NCBI RefSeq assembly: GCF_006345805.1
Contig: NC_043009.1
Location: forward strand, 45,756,001-45,820,000
DNA from: Octopus sinensis
Lineage: Eukaryota
Length of the DNA stretch: 64,000 nt
Reading direction: 5' to 3'
Below, piece after piece: positions 52,997 through 64,000 of this stretch (the stretch's first letter is position 1; each line of letters begins with the position of its first letter). The notes beneath the pieces were generated by a model. The model searched no databases. It was not told where the DNA came from and saw only the letters and a list, made by a program, of their open reading frames with translations. The position numbers were made by a program, and so were the translations under genes.

Positions 52997-53039
52997 CCAC
53001 TACAATCGTTTCTTGTCTTGATCGACAATCTTCAGGTGG
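52997..53039 (-). ncRNA. Minimal type I hammerhead motif (antisense copy)
   Basis: Exact reverse complement of 53083-53125. Confidence 0.85.
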
Positions 53040-53082
53040 ACTTCCAATATGTCAGTTTCTTTGAAACTGACATATTGGAAGT

Positions 53083-53125
53083 CCACCTGAAGATTGTCGA
53101 TCAAGACAAGAAACGATTGTAGTGG
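53083..53125 (+). ncRNA. Minimal type I hammerhead motif
   Basis: CCAC-CTGAAGA-TTGTC-GATCAA-GACAA-GAAAC-GATT-GTA-GTGG: 4-bp stem I, 5-bp stem II, 2-bp stem III with a near-palindromic loop, GUA site. Confidence 0.88.
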
Positions 53126-53292
53126 CGGTTTTTTTGACTATTTATTAAAATTTTATGTATTGATTAAGTCTTTCCTTGTTTGTTTTGCAAAATAGTGGTT
53201 TTGTCTCCAATAATATTTTATATATATATTATATATATATATATATATATATTATATAATATATATATATATATGTGTGTGTGTGTGTTGTG

Positions 53293-53323
<31 letters not shown>

Positions 53324-53639
53324 TGTGTGTGTGTGTGTTCATATGTGGGCACAGTACGTCACGAAACATATATAACAAAAAAGTACGAAGCACGAGTACA
53401 TGCAACATGAACTATTCTTTCGAACAACGAAGGACACAAATGGAAAACAAAACAAACAACATAAAGAATGACCATTCATCAGCTATTGGCTGTTTTTCTA
53501 GTCTTGTATTTGGAGCATTTAACAAACAATATACGCTTTTGATAATGCAGTTGCTCCCGCAACAAGTTGCATTTGTGTGTGTGTATGTGTGCGCGCGTGT
53601 GTGTGTGTGTGTTTGATTTTGTCGACTATACAGTATAGT

Positions 53640-54146
53640 AAGGTCAGTTTGGCATCGTCTGTGAAAAAAACAGAACGATGGCGCAATTTACTCGACTGGA
53701 AATTTGGAAACGATATGATGCACTGCTTGGCACCATGTCACATGTCACAAGCAGGAGAACCCAGTCATGGCTGTCAGACAACTTCTGCGACCACGTCACC
53801 CCTAACTCCTGGTTACCTGACTCCCCAGATTTCAACCCCATTTGATTACTATGCGTGGGGCACAGTTCAGCGAGAGCCCAACAAAACTCCTTGTGACACC
53901 AAAGATGAACTGATGTGAAGGATTATGGCAGTATTCACCAACTTAAAAAGGAGACTATCCAGAAGAGTTGCTGAATATTCCAAAGTCATCTGGAGGCATT
54001 GTTTTGAGCCAATGGCGATTTTATAAAATAAATTTTCTATTTAGTATTTCAATATATTTTTATGTATGGTTGATAAATATATCTGTTAAAATGAGCAGCC
54101 AGTGTTATTTTAATTTTTGTGTAATTTAGACGTTAGTATATTCTCC
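53640..54146 (+). mobile_element. Tc1/mariner transposon 3' remnant
   Basis: Frameshifted APCH...WLSDNFCDHVTPNSWLPDSPDFN-PFDYYAWG...TKDEL, matching the W-P-x-S-P-D-x-N-P-x-D-Y-x-W motif. Probable right terminus at about CATCCTGT. Confidence 0.8.
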
Positions 54147-54154
54147 GCATCCTG

Positions 54155-54187
54155 TGTGTTTGTATATATATATATACATATACATAC

Positions 54188-54245
<58 letters not shown>

Positions 54246-54247
54246 AA

Positions 54248-54304
<57 letters not shown>

Positions 54305-54305
54305 C

Positions 54306-54356
<51 letters not shown>

Positions 54357-54367
54357 ATATATATATC

Positions 54368-54411
<44 letters not shown>

Positions 54412-54445
54412 TATATATATATATACATGTGTGTGTGTATTATAT
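54155..54445. repeat. Long interrupted (TA)n
   Basis: Directly visible. Similar tracts lie at 5745-5920, 8405-8512, 34835-34955, 37632-37750, 41570-41705, 61245-61410, 62090-62420 and 63270-63660. Confidence 0.97.
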
Positions 54446-55149
54446 ATAATCCTCCTCTCTAATAGCTGAATGATATACGTATAATTGTAAGAGACGATAC
54501 CATTTAAAGTTGTATTGATACATGAGTTAATATACACTATGCTGCAATTTAATACATTGATTTTACTGTCTTTTAACAAACTGCATTGTTTCTCTTTTTT
54601 ATTGAGCTTAACAGTGTTACAATAACCAATTGCTCATATTTATAAATTTTATGGCAATTTAACGGTCTGTTTCAGACCAAGAACATCATGATACGTTTTG
54701 CTCCATTACCACTATGTAACATTTTTTCTTCTCTTTTTATTCCACCGAGAGAAAATATCTTTATTTCTTCTAATAAACTATTAGCATAATCATTATAGTG
54801 CTCATTTTCTCATAATAGTAATCATTCTCACCTTGTCACTCCTACCCTTTATTATCGCCCTCACCTTTGTCATCATCATCGTTATCATCGCCGTCATTGT
54901 TGTGAAAATGCAATGAACTTTGTGTATGCATGTTTGTGTTGTTTGCGTATACATGTTTATACGAAAATATACATGCTGTTCATGTATGTATTATTTTATA
55001 CGTAACAACTTTGCCTAGCTTTTCATTACCAAACTGCATCATGTCATTGCCGTTAACTCATTCTCAACTCGCTGGCGAAAATTATTATTTGTCTACCGCA
55101 TCTGTCAAAGACGTTGAATAAAGCGTTATTTCCAATACAGCAATTCAGT

Positions 55150-56330
55150 TATCCTTACAAACGCTCGTCGGTCTGAAATTATCAGTTCTGTCCTCTGGTA
55201 TTTACATTTCAGTCATCGACTTCTTTTCGTCATCATTATTATCATTATCATAATCTTCATCCTGTCGTCTGTTATCGTTCGCAAACTGAATTTATTGGGG
55301 GTGTATATTCTGTATCTCGCCAGTACCGCCATCCTCACGAAGCCCATTGTGAAACTGTGTAAGTTCAGCAATTCAAGACACCGTTATAAAAAATATGCAA
55401 GCTTCCGTCTACCAACTCATATGAGAAACTTCATGCTTAATATTAGTGTCATTTATAAAAGTATTCGTTATTGCCCAGCTATATGGACCATGTTGGCCAT
55501 ATGTCTTGAAGAATTTGGGCGAAATTATTCCTTTAGGAACAGCAATACTTTACCATGAACATTTTATAACCGAACTCTCTGCTTAGGAACTCTATTCTTT
55601 TCCTGTCTCTTGGTCAGGAATCTTCTTGTCAGCACCAACACATCGTGTGTCAGTATTACCCACACTGAACATCATTTATGTAACCTACCCTCTTCCTTCA
55701 GTGCATAGAAGATCTTTCATAGCAGTGACTTGAATTGCGATCTCACATCCTCAACAAAGTAAAGCCAGCGTCCAAAAGCCTGGCTTTCAACTTTAGAATC
55801 TAAAAATATTTCAAATCCTGGCAATTAAAAAATTTGTCTTAAAAATTCGAAGGTGTCCTATTTTTGCTGCTACTATACATGCAAATTCCTTTGATTGTAT
55901 CTAAAATTAGAGCCTTCCACTCTCCAACTGACTGGTATAGAGTTGCTTCTAGACCATAGACAATTGCGTTTCTATCGCTTTTGTAACGGCTTTAGCATCT
56001 CAAAGCCGATGTATGTCGTGTTATCTTAACACATACCGACTTAAAGGTCTCTTTTCTCATCTTCATGTTTTCCCTGTTGTGAGTAATCTTTAGCCTCACA
56101 CTTATTAAAATGCACAAGCGTTCTCTCCACAACTCTTCTTCGTGACTCTCTCTTTTCATAGTTCTTTTCTGCAGTAGTTGATCTGTATTTTTTCTTTAAT
56201 AAATACCTTAACACGCAATGATTTCACCAGCTGTAGAAAGCTTGAGAAGCCTTGACCAGAGCCCGTCCCATCAGACCAAAACGTAAGAATATATCTGATC
56301 TGTAATATAGTGTGATGAATATGGATGATA
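55150..56330 (-). pseudogene. Decayed coding-like sequence of unknown origin (transposon or processed pseudogene)
   Basis: Minus-strand frames with protein-like stretches between stops (SIAVPKGIISPKFFKTYGQHGPYSW; GRWLYFVEDVRSQFKSLL; acidic tail DEDYDNDNNDDEKK). Confidence 0.3.
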
Positions 56331-58084
56331 CAAAGATAAACGCTCGGCAATGATGAGGCGGCGTTTAGCTTCCCATTCTTACTTGATGTTTTTTCACAAA
56401 TTATGTCACTAGTGTTTTGTTAAGGTATAAGCAATACTCTGGATTGTTTGGCTGTACTACACAGTGTTTATGTAAGGACTATTCATTTAAATCTTTTAAT
56501 GAAAAATTTAACATCTCATTAAAATTTACACTGATTGTTTATTCGATAATTCGACAATGTATCAAATATCTTACAAATGTTTTTCTTGCATAGCTTAATC
56601 AAATTTCATTTTAAATTAAAACGATGTATAATGACATTGCATATATACAGCTGGTCACGTACAAACTCAAACGCATAATTGTGTGTGTGTGTGTGTGTGG
56701 TGTGTGTGTGTGTGGTGTGTGTGTGTGTGTGCGTGCGTGTGTGTGAGTATGTTAGAAATTTCAGACACACTTTGTGTTCTGTATGCAACAGACATGTAAT
56801 TATTCGCAATATTGATGTATAACCAAGATAATTTCTCTGCAGTCTTCTTTTACGTAGCTCGCTGCAAGTAATATGAAATGTAATAAGTTAGATACTGAAG
56901 CTCTGAATTTATTCATTATTAAACCGGAGCAAAATAGAATAATTAGATATTAACTTTCAAAGATTTCAAACATTCCTAATTTGCAACAGAATCGTTAAAG
57001 TTTATATCGTAGACAGCAGAATTACATACCTAGGTAACATAAAATATATATCCGAAGGAAGCGAATTTCTATATACTAATATCCACTTTCAGTGGTCTCC
57101 AAACACGATTTAATACAAAGACCATTGTGTACATAAGATTTTATGTCTAGCGACTTACTGAAATCACTGTATCATTCAACCGGTTTTTATGCGAATGTGA
57201 TAATTAACAGTGAATATACAACTTTCGAAACTTAAATTATAGAGCTCCAATGTTGCAGGTTTGTGGCCGAGACGCACCCGATGGCTGGCTTCATCTAGCT
57301 CTAAATAGTTGTCGATATATTACACAAAAAGGGAAGGAAATTGAGAGCTGTTTTTCTATTTTGCATTGTTAAGCTCAGTTGTTCCTGTAGACATAGAATT
57401 AAGTAATTTTCTACTGTACCAGTCTAGTGTTTCATTGAATCCGCGTGCGAAGAATGAGTCTTCAACAGCACCCTAATGCATTTCTCGATTATTGTGGTGA
57501 TGGTGATAAGTAATATGTTAAGTAAATGGTTGGATTTTGTTTGAATGTAGTATAAGGAGTTGTCATAGATCCTCACCATGTTTATTAAAAGACAGAATTT
57601 TGTATTTTGAAACTGATAATCAATACCTTGTGTATATGAACGGCGTGCTGGCAGAATGTAGACCAACATCACTTCGCTACCAATAAGGGATACATAAAAA
57701 TATCCAAACACACCTTCCATAGAACGAACGAGCGTAGTTACAATATTAGAAAATTATGATCGACTACTTGCATACCAAGGATATATTGGTTCACATATAC
57801 ATAGCATAAAGATATAAGCCCTGTCATTTTGAGGAATGGATTAGCTGATTAAAATAATGCTGCTACTTGATTGCTACTTCATTTTGACGACTTTGGACAA
57901 AGTTAACTTCGGTAGGATTTGAACTCAAAATGTAAAGCGACAGAACGATGTATTAGGTTCAGTACTCAACGATTCTGCCATTGTATCACACCGTTTGATG
58001 TCTAAAATTAAGTAGAATTTTTAGTGTTTCTATGTAATTACCCTGTAAAGGATATATATTACCATTCTTGTTTTTATTTTTATT

Positions 58085-58345
58085 TTTGTTTTCGTTTTTT
58101 GTATTTATATTCGTGTGGCTCTGTCCGTTTTTCTGTCCTTGTTGCGTTTACATTCGTTCCTTTTTCCGAGAAATCTAATGCTCACAGCTTAGTTTTTCCT
58201 TAGGGCTGGCCGCGTTGGAGCAAATATCAGAATTAATCAGCCGAAATTTGCTATGATGATCCGGTTTCTGACTGAAGATTAAAGGCTTCGACTGACCCGT
58301 CTGTTTTCTGTGTTCGTCCCTTTGTGTATTTCACGTTCTTGTTTC
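58085..58345 (+). mobile_element. Repeat family P3, second copy, with a permuted hammerhead-like motif at 58219-58287
   Basis: Homologous to 51725-51980 (minus strand). Confidence 0.6.
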
Positions 58346-58929
58346 TTTATATAATTTTTATACTTATATATATATTATATATATATATATTATATATATA
58401 TATATACACACAACTTATATTTGGTATAACTAGTAAAATACATTAGTTATTTTACGGTCAGTCCTATAATCTTAAACATGTTACATATTCAGTCATATTG
58501 AATAACACAAAATAATATATGATATAATTGTACTTTTATTCTGTTCTTTCATATATTCTGCATAAAAGACTTGTTGTGATTGGTATTAGATGAAATTATT
58601 TTTTCTCTCAATTCACATAGTGTTCTTAGTCGATGCTTAAACCCTGATCTATTTGCATTCAAAGATAAAAGACAAATCCGTTGTTTCATCTATTGCTACA
58701 GACATGTGATTATAAAGCTTGCTCTTTTTTTATATATAGAGAAACAAAAACGTCTATTAAATCGATACCAGTATGTTATTAGAACTTACATTATTAATCC
58801 TCGGGTCATTTGTTAGGTTAATTCCTTATTGTGTTAGGGCATTAAAGATATAAGTTAAGCGGTAAGGCTTTGAAATGTAATCGGAAAGCGAGAAGCTGGC
58901 TCATTTATCCAGAAGCTGTTCTAGAGCGA

Positions 58930-59830
58930 TCAGCAAACATTGAGTATTATATGTACATAAACGACCCACCGAAATACTGAAAGCAGAGGTTCACTTTATA
59001 TATTTCCAACAGCATTCGATTGTCTTTTCTTTCAATGTTCTTCAAATTCAATTGATCGTGTCTCGTTAATTTAAAACCCCTTAAACAATTTTGTTTGGCC
59101 ATATGTTTTCTTTTCATAGCATTCATAACATCTTTTCCTTTCAGATGAAACACTATTTTTCATTATCTGTTATACAAAGCTTCTCTTTATATTCTTTTGC
59201 ATATCAATCATTCTTGTGGAATAATTGATATTTTTTTCTCTCTGCGTTTTCAATCGTTGTCATATTGCTGTAAGCAATTCGACTCGATCCTCTATCTAAT
59301 AAAACGAATTTTCTAAACATCTGCTTCTCAATTTTATGTGTCAGCTTCGCTAATGTATCACTGTAACAAATAATGTTCAACAATGTCAGTTCACTATGCT
59401 CTCACTAACGTTTTAATAAATACATTCAGCAGCGTTTTATAAAATTGTTTCTTTATTGTCGTGGTTTATCTTATTCACATTAGCTTTATTTTACATCTCG
59501 TTATTTCATATAATTAGGATTCGATGCACAAGAGCCTCGCTTCCGTCATCACTTGAATATTTATTCATCATAATATTTTATTTGATGGCAGTCTTTATGA
59601 ATTCCATTATCCATTTTATCATAATATTGCCAATTTATCTTGATGTCATCTACGTCTATGACTATTATGATTATTCCTGTCAGTGTTGCTTCTATTGATA
59701 CGGCACTTGTTAGATAGTTTACACTGTAATCATATGTTTGGTGCACACCAGGCAAATGATTATAATAGAAGAAGCTCATGGGTAACTGAATCCAGGAAAT
59801 ATATCGATTACCGATTGAAACCATTTAATA
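58930..59830 (-). mobile_element. Highly degraded LINE-like coding remnant
   Basis: Purine-rich minus strand with interrupted protein-like frames. Family not assignable. Confidence 0.3.
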
Positions 59831-61242
59831 CTATTTGTTCTATAAATACGCTTCTTTTCTAGATTAAGGGGAATAGGTTCCTTTACATGGAATGATTCAT
59901 TTCCTTTGCAACATACCAGATGTTGCACAACAGTCAGATTTATGAAAATATATAGAGTGGGTAAATAATTGCGGATATGCTTTTAGCAAATTTCGGCTCA
60001 AACCAACAGTTCCATGTTAAAAAACAAATATTTGAGAATAGCGTGAATATCACATAATTTTGGTAGATTCTTTTATACATATCTGTACATTGTAACGTAA
60101 GCTTCATTCAAAACCAATCGTAAGATGAACGACACTAAAATCACTCAGCCATGAAACAACTTTTACAAAAGAACCAGTCTTTGTATGATTCAGTTAAAAC
60201 CATTCACAAACATCTTTAAATTTCTCTTACAACAATAGCAAATACACTACCATAAAGTACAAGAAATTTAATAAGATTAACGAAAAACAAAACAAAATAA
60301 ACTGAATTATCAAAAAGCAAAAAACAAACACATACAGCCATTTAATAAATGATAACAAATAACGAGATAGGAAAATATCTAATCAGCAAATGCGGAACGC
60401 AAACCATTCAATTAACAAACAGTAAACCATACAAGCCAGTGATTACGAACATACCACCAAAACCGAGTTGCAGAAATTCTCCTATGAAGATCGCAACGAC
60501 GTGAAATTCAAGACGCAAATGCATAAATACATAGTACCACGCATATACCCACATACGTATATATATATATATATAAACAATATATTAAAAAGAGAGATAC
60601 AATTGACAATCTAATATAGTATAACATAATATTTTATAAATATGATATAAGATAACATGTTTAAAATATCATTAAAAACCAAAGTAGTCAACAATTTGTT
60701 TCGACATATAATACATATTTTGACATATAAATAATTCAGTTCACTTACATAAATCCCATGAGAGCCAAGGTTTAAAGATAGACGAAATCCCGTTTGAAAG
60801 GACGGCTGGATTGTTAAAAAATTAAATCAAATGCCAATGTGTTGTGAACGTGAGCATTAACTTTTCAATTACATAGCAATTACAATTAAAAGACAACAAA
60901 GTTATAACGGCCAAAATAAATAAAGCAATAGAAACTACAACTATCGCAATATGTTTCTATATATCTCAACTAATATCAATCCAAACACGTTTAGGTCGAA
61001 GACAATATTTCGCTATTATAATAACATACAACAATAATATATAGGTATACAAATTAAATATCAGAGTCTTATTTAATCTAGAAACTTTAATAAAACGTGT
61101 AAAAAAATATATATGATAATTAAATTGGTAATATATAAGAACTCTTCTATTTATGCAAAGTAATTGTTATAAAAAAGATTGTTTATAAAATGTTGTGTTT
61201 ATTTAGTTTATCTATGGGGTGTGTGGTGCGTGCGTGTATATA

Positions 61243-61317
<75 letters not shown>

Positions 61318-61350
61318 CATATATATATATATAATATATATATCTAGATA

Positions 61351-61408
<58 letters not shown>

Positions 61409-62161
61409 CGTATATAGACATACATAGTATATGTCTGTTTTATTGTACGGTACATGTTTCAATAAACGCAACTTTTTATTAGTTATTTGAGTATTTTAAA
61501 ATACAAAAATGTAAAAACACTCTAACATACATAATATTTATTAGACTTGATAAAATAACATGAATATACATAACCCCTATTTATTCTCTCTCTCTATCTC
61601 TTACACACACAAATACACAAACAGACACACAGCTATATAAAGAGTTTTATTTGTATTTAATGTTTTGTTTTCTGTTACCTAATTTTTTTAAAGTCGTAAT
61701 TTTTTAAAATTTATCTAGTGAAGAGGTTTCTAGAGGTTATATGACCAGGTTCGTCATACGGTGTGCAAAGAAATAATTACTCCTCCTAGTCTTGAAGCCG
61801 GTGTTGCTACTACTACTACTACTAGTAGTAGTAGTAGTAGTAACAGTAGTAGCAGTAACGTCATTATTGCTTTTGTTGTTGTTGTTTTTACTGTCCTTGT
61901 TTATCAGTCAAGTACTAGTTGCAATGATCTCACTGAAAGCCTAGCCTCAAAATTATTTTTATTATTATCATTGTTGCTGTTGTTATTAAGGCGGCGAGCA
62001 GGAATTGATTTCAAATGGGAAAGTAAGATAAAAATATATATGATTTGACCAGGAATAACTTGATACCTGGATCTGCCTACCTCATAGATGTTATATATAT
62101 ATATATAGATATATATATATATATACACATACATACATACATACATACATACATACATACA

Positions 62162-62194
<33 letters not shown>

Positions 62195-62334
62195 GTGTAT
62201 ATATATACATATGTATATATATATGTACGTATGTATAATATATGTTGTATATATATATATATATATGTATATATATTATATTATGTATGTATTATATATA
62301 GATATATAGATATAATATATATATGTGTGTGTAT

Positions 62335-62366
<32 letters not shown>

Positions 62367-62409
62367 ATATCTATATATATATTATATATATTGAATTTAC
62401 ACATATAGA

Positions 62410-62720
62410 TATATATATATAAATTTAAGAATGTGTGTCTATCTGTGCGTCTGTATATGTGCATCACTAAAACTCGAGAACTACACAACGGATTTCATTC
62501 ACATTTTACACATGTCCTACTTAGGGCCTATGCTGTGTCATTGGCCCAAAAATATTTTTCTTGCCTAATGTGAGCCCGGAGCAATCTCTTAATTCTTACA
62601 CTATTTCTGTATAACGTGTCAAAAGTGAACCAATAACATCACTATAAATACTTTCACAATTATATGGTTTCAAATTCAAGTAATTTCATTATGTATCCAT
62701 ATACATTAATTCAATTTCTA
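62410..62720 (+). mobile_element. Possible non-autonomous Helitron-like (DINE/HINE-type) element
   Basis: Starts ATATATATATAAATTTAAGAATGTGTGTCTATCTGTGCGTCTG, followed by AAAACTCGAGAACTACACAACGGATTTCATTCACATTTT, resembling invertebrate non-autonomous Helitron 5' regions. Confidence 0.4.
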
Positions 62721-62822
62721 TTACTTTCAATATGCATTTATGGATATGATTGTATATGTATGTATGGTGGTGCCCCAGCATGGCCACAGCTCGTAAGCTG
62801 AAACTAGATAAAAAAAATATAT

Positions 62823-62895
<73 letters not shown>

Positions 62896-63027
62896 TATAT
62901 GTATATATTATATTTATTTTTTATATGATTTTTTGCATATAAGCATATACATACATGTATGTATATAATTATATATATATAAATGTGCATATATATATAT
63001 ATATGTGTGTATATATACGTATAAACT

Positions 63028-63270
63028 AAAAGAAGCCTGTCGTATATATGTATATATATATATATGTGTGTGTTTGTCCGCCTAGCATTGCTTGACAACC
63101 GATGCTGGTGTGATTACGTCCCCGTCATCTAGCGGTTCGGCAAAAGAGACCGATAGAATAAGTACTGGGCTTACAAAGAATAAGTCCCGGGGTCGATTTG
63201 CTCGACTAAAGGCGGTGCTCCAGCATGGCCGCAGTCAAATGACTGAAACAAGTAAAAGAGTAAAAGAGTA
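63028..63270 (+). mobile_element. SINE family A, 3' half (an isolated tail also lies at 62766-62812)
   Basis: Near-consensus tail GGCGGTGCTCCAGCATGGCCGCAGTCAAATGACTGAAACAAGTAAAAGAGTAAAAGAG. Confidence 0.9.
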
Positions 63271-63441
63271 TATGCATATGTATATATGCGTATATATGTA
63301 TGTATACATATGTATACATGTATATATATATGCATATATGTGTATATATATATGTATATATACATATATATGTGTCTTATATGTATATATGTATATATAA
63401 TTATATGTATATATATATGTATATATATTGTGTATATTATA

Positions 63442-63482
<41 letters not shown>

Positions 63483-63657
63483 CGTATGGATGTATATATA
63501 TATATATGTGTATATATTTGTATGTATATATATGTATCATATATGCATATAAAGATATACATATGCATATCTATATGTATATATATATATATATATATAT
63601 AGATAATATATATACATATATATACTATATATATATATATATATATCATATACATAT

Positions 63658-64000
63658 ACAGGCGTGGGCGTGTTGTGTGCTAAGAATCTTGCCTGCCAAC
63701 CACATGGTTCCGGCTTCTGTCCCTGGGTACGTGTCTTCTACTATACCATTGGGCCGTCCAAAGCCATGTCAAAAGGTTTGGCTGAACAAAGTGTGTCCTA
63801 TATATATATATATATATATAGTATGTATGCGTATTTGTGTCTGTGTTCCTCCCCACCATCGTATAAAGACCAATGCTGGTGCGTTTACGTACTCGTAACA
63901 TAGCGGTTCGGTAGGAGATTCCGATAGAATAAAGACCAGGCTTACAAAGAATAAGTTCAAAGCTTGACTTCTTCAACTAAAAGGCGGTGATCCAAAATGG
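63658..64000 (+). mobile_element. SINE family A, diverged, running off the window end
   Basis: Head CAGGCGTGGGCGTGTTGTGTGCTAAGAATCTTGCCTGCCAACCACATGG and body similarity. Confidence 0.85.

Larger units (their letters stand above)
52830..53222. mobile_element. PLE-derived family P1 head-to-head palindrome containing two hammerheads
   Basis: Arms 52901-53059 and 53063-53222 with a TTT loop. I found one substitution and one 1-nt indel. The left arm has an extra approximately 70-nt extension. Confidence 0.9.

Noticed and set aside
58838-58935. Possible next receptor exon (acceptor at 58837; GIKDI..LSGK...SWLIYPEAVLE resembles the KLTGxxYVW segment)
   Set aside because: It needs another frameshift, has extra residues before the W, has no clear donor, and abuts a decayed LINE-like block.
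60100-61150. Strongly A-rich strand-asymmetric block
   Set aside because: Probably an old retroelement tail, but no motif, ORF or intact ribozyme core could be identified.

Overview
AT-rich, microsatellite-dense animal genomic DNA. The repeat families look like those of an octopus (coleoid cephalopod); this is inferred from recognising the SINEs, not from a database search. Most of the window is intergenic or intronic and is filled with three groups of tRNA-derived SINEs, LINE fragments (CR1/L2-like, RTE), a decayed Penelope-like element (PLE), a Tc1/mariner remnant, a MITE and (TA)n/(TG)n/(GATA)n tracts. One host gene is supportable: 5' exons of a + strand ionotropic glutamate receptor of the NMDA type (N-terminal domain). 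The best exon is 50215-50532, and the exon before it carries an apparent 1-nt frameshift. The most notable hidden content is RNA structure. Five canonical type I hammerhead ribozyme motifs lie in PLE-derived, mostly head-to-head inverted repeats (1241-1306, 1555-1637, 51259-51363, 52997-53039, 53083-53125). Two diverged copies of another repeat (51809-51865 and 58219-58287) carry hammerhead core segments in a non-canonical strand order, with compensatory changes in stems I and III but no clear stem II. All alignments and folds were done by eye, so repeat boundaries are approximate. Almost all ORFs in the supplied track are microsatellite or repeat artefacts.
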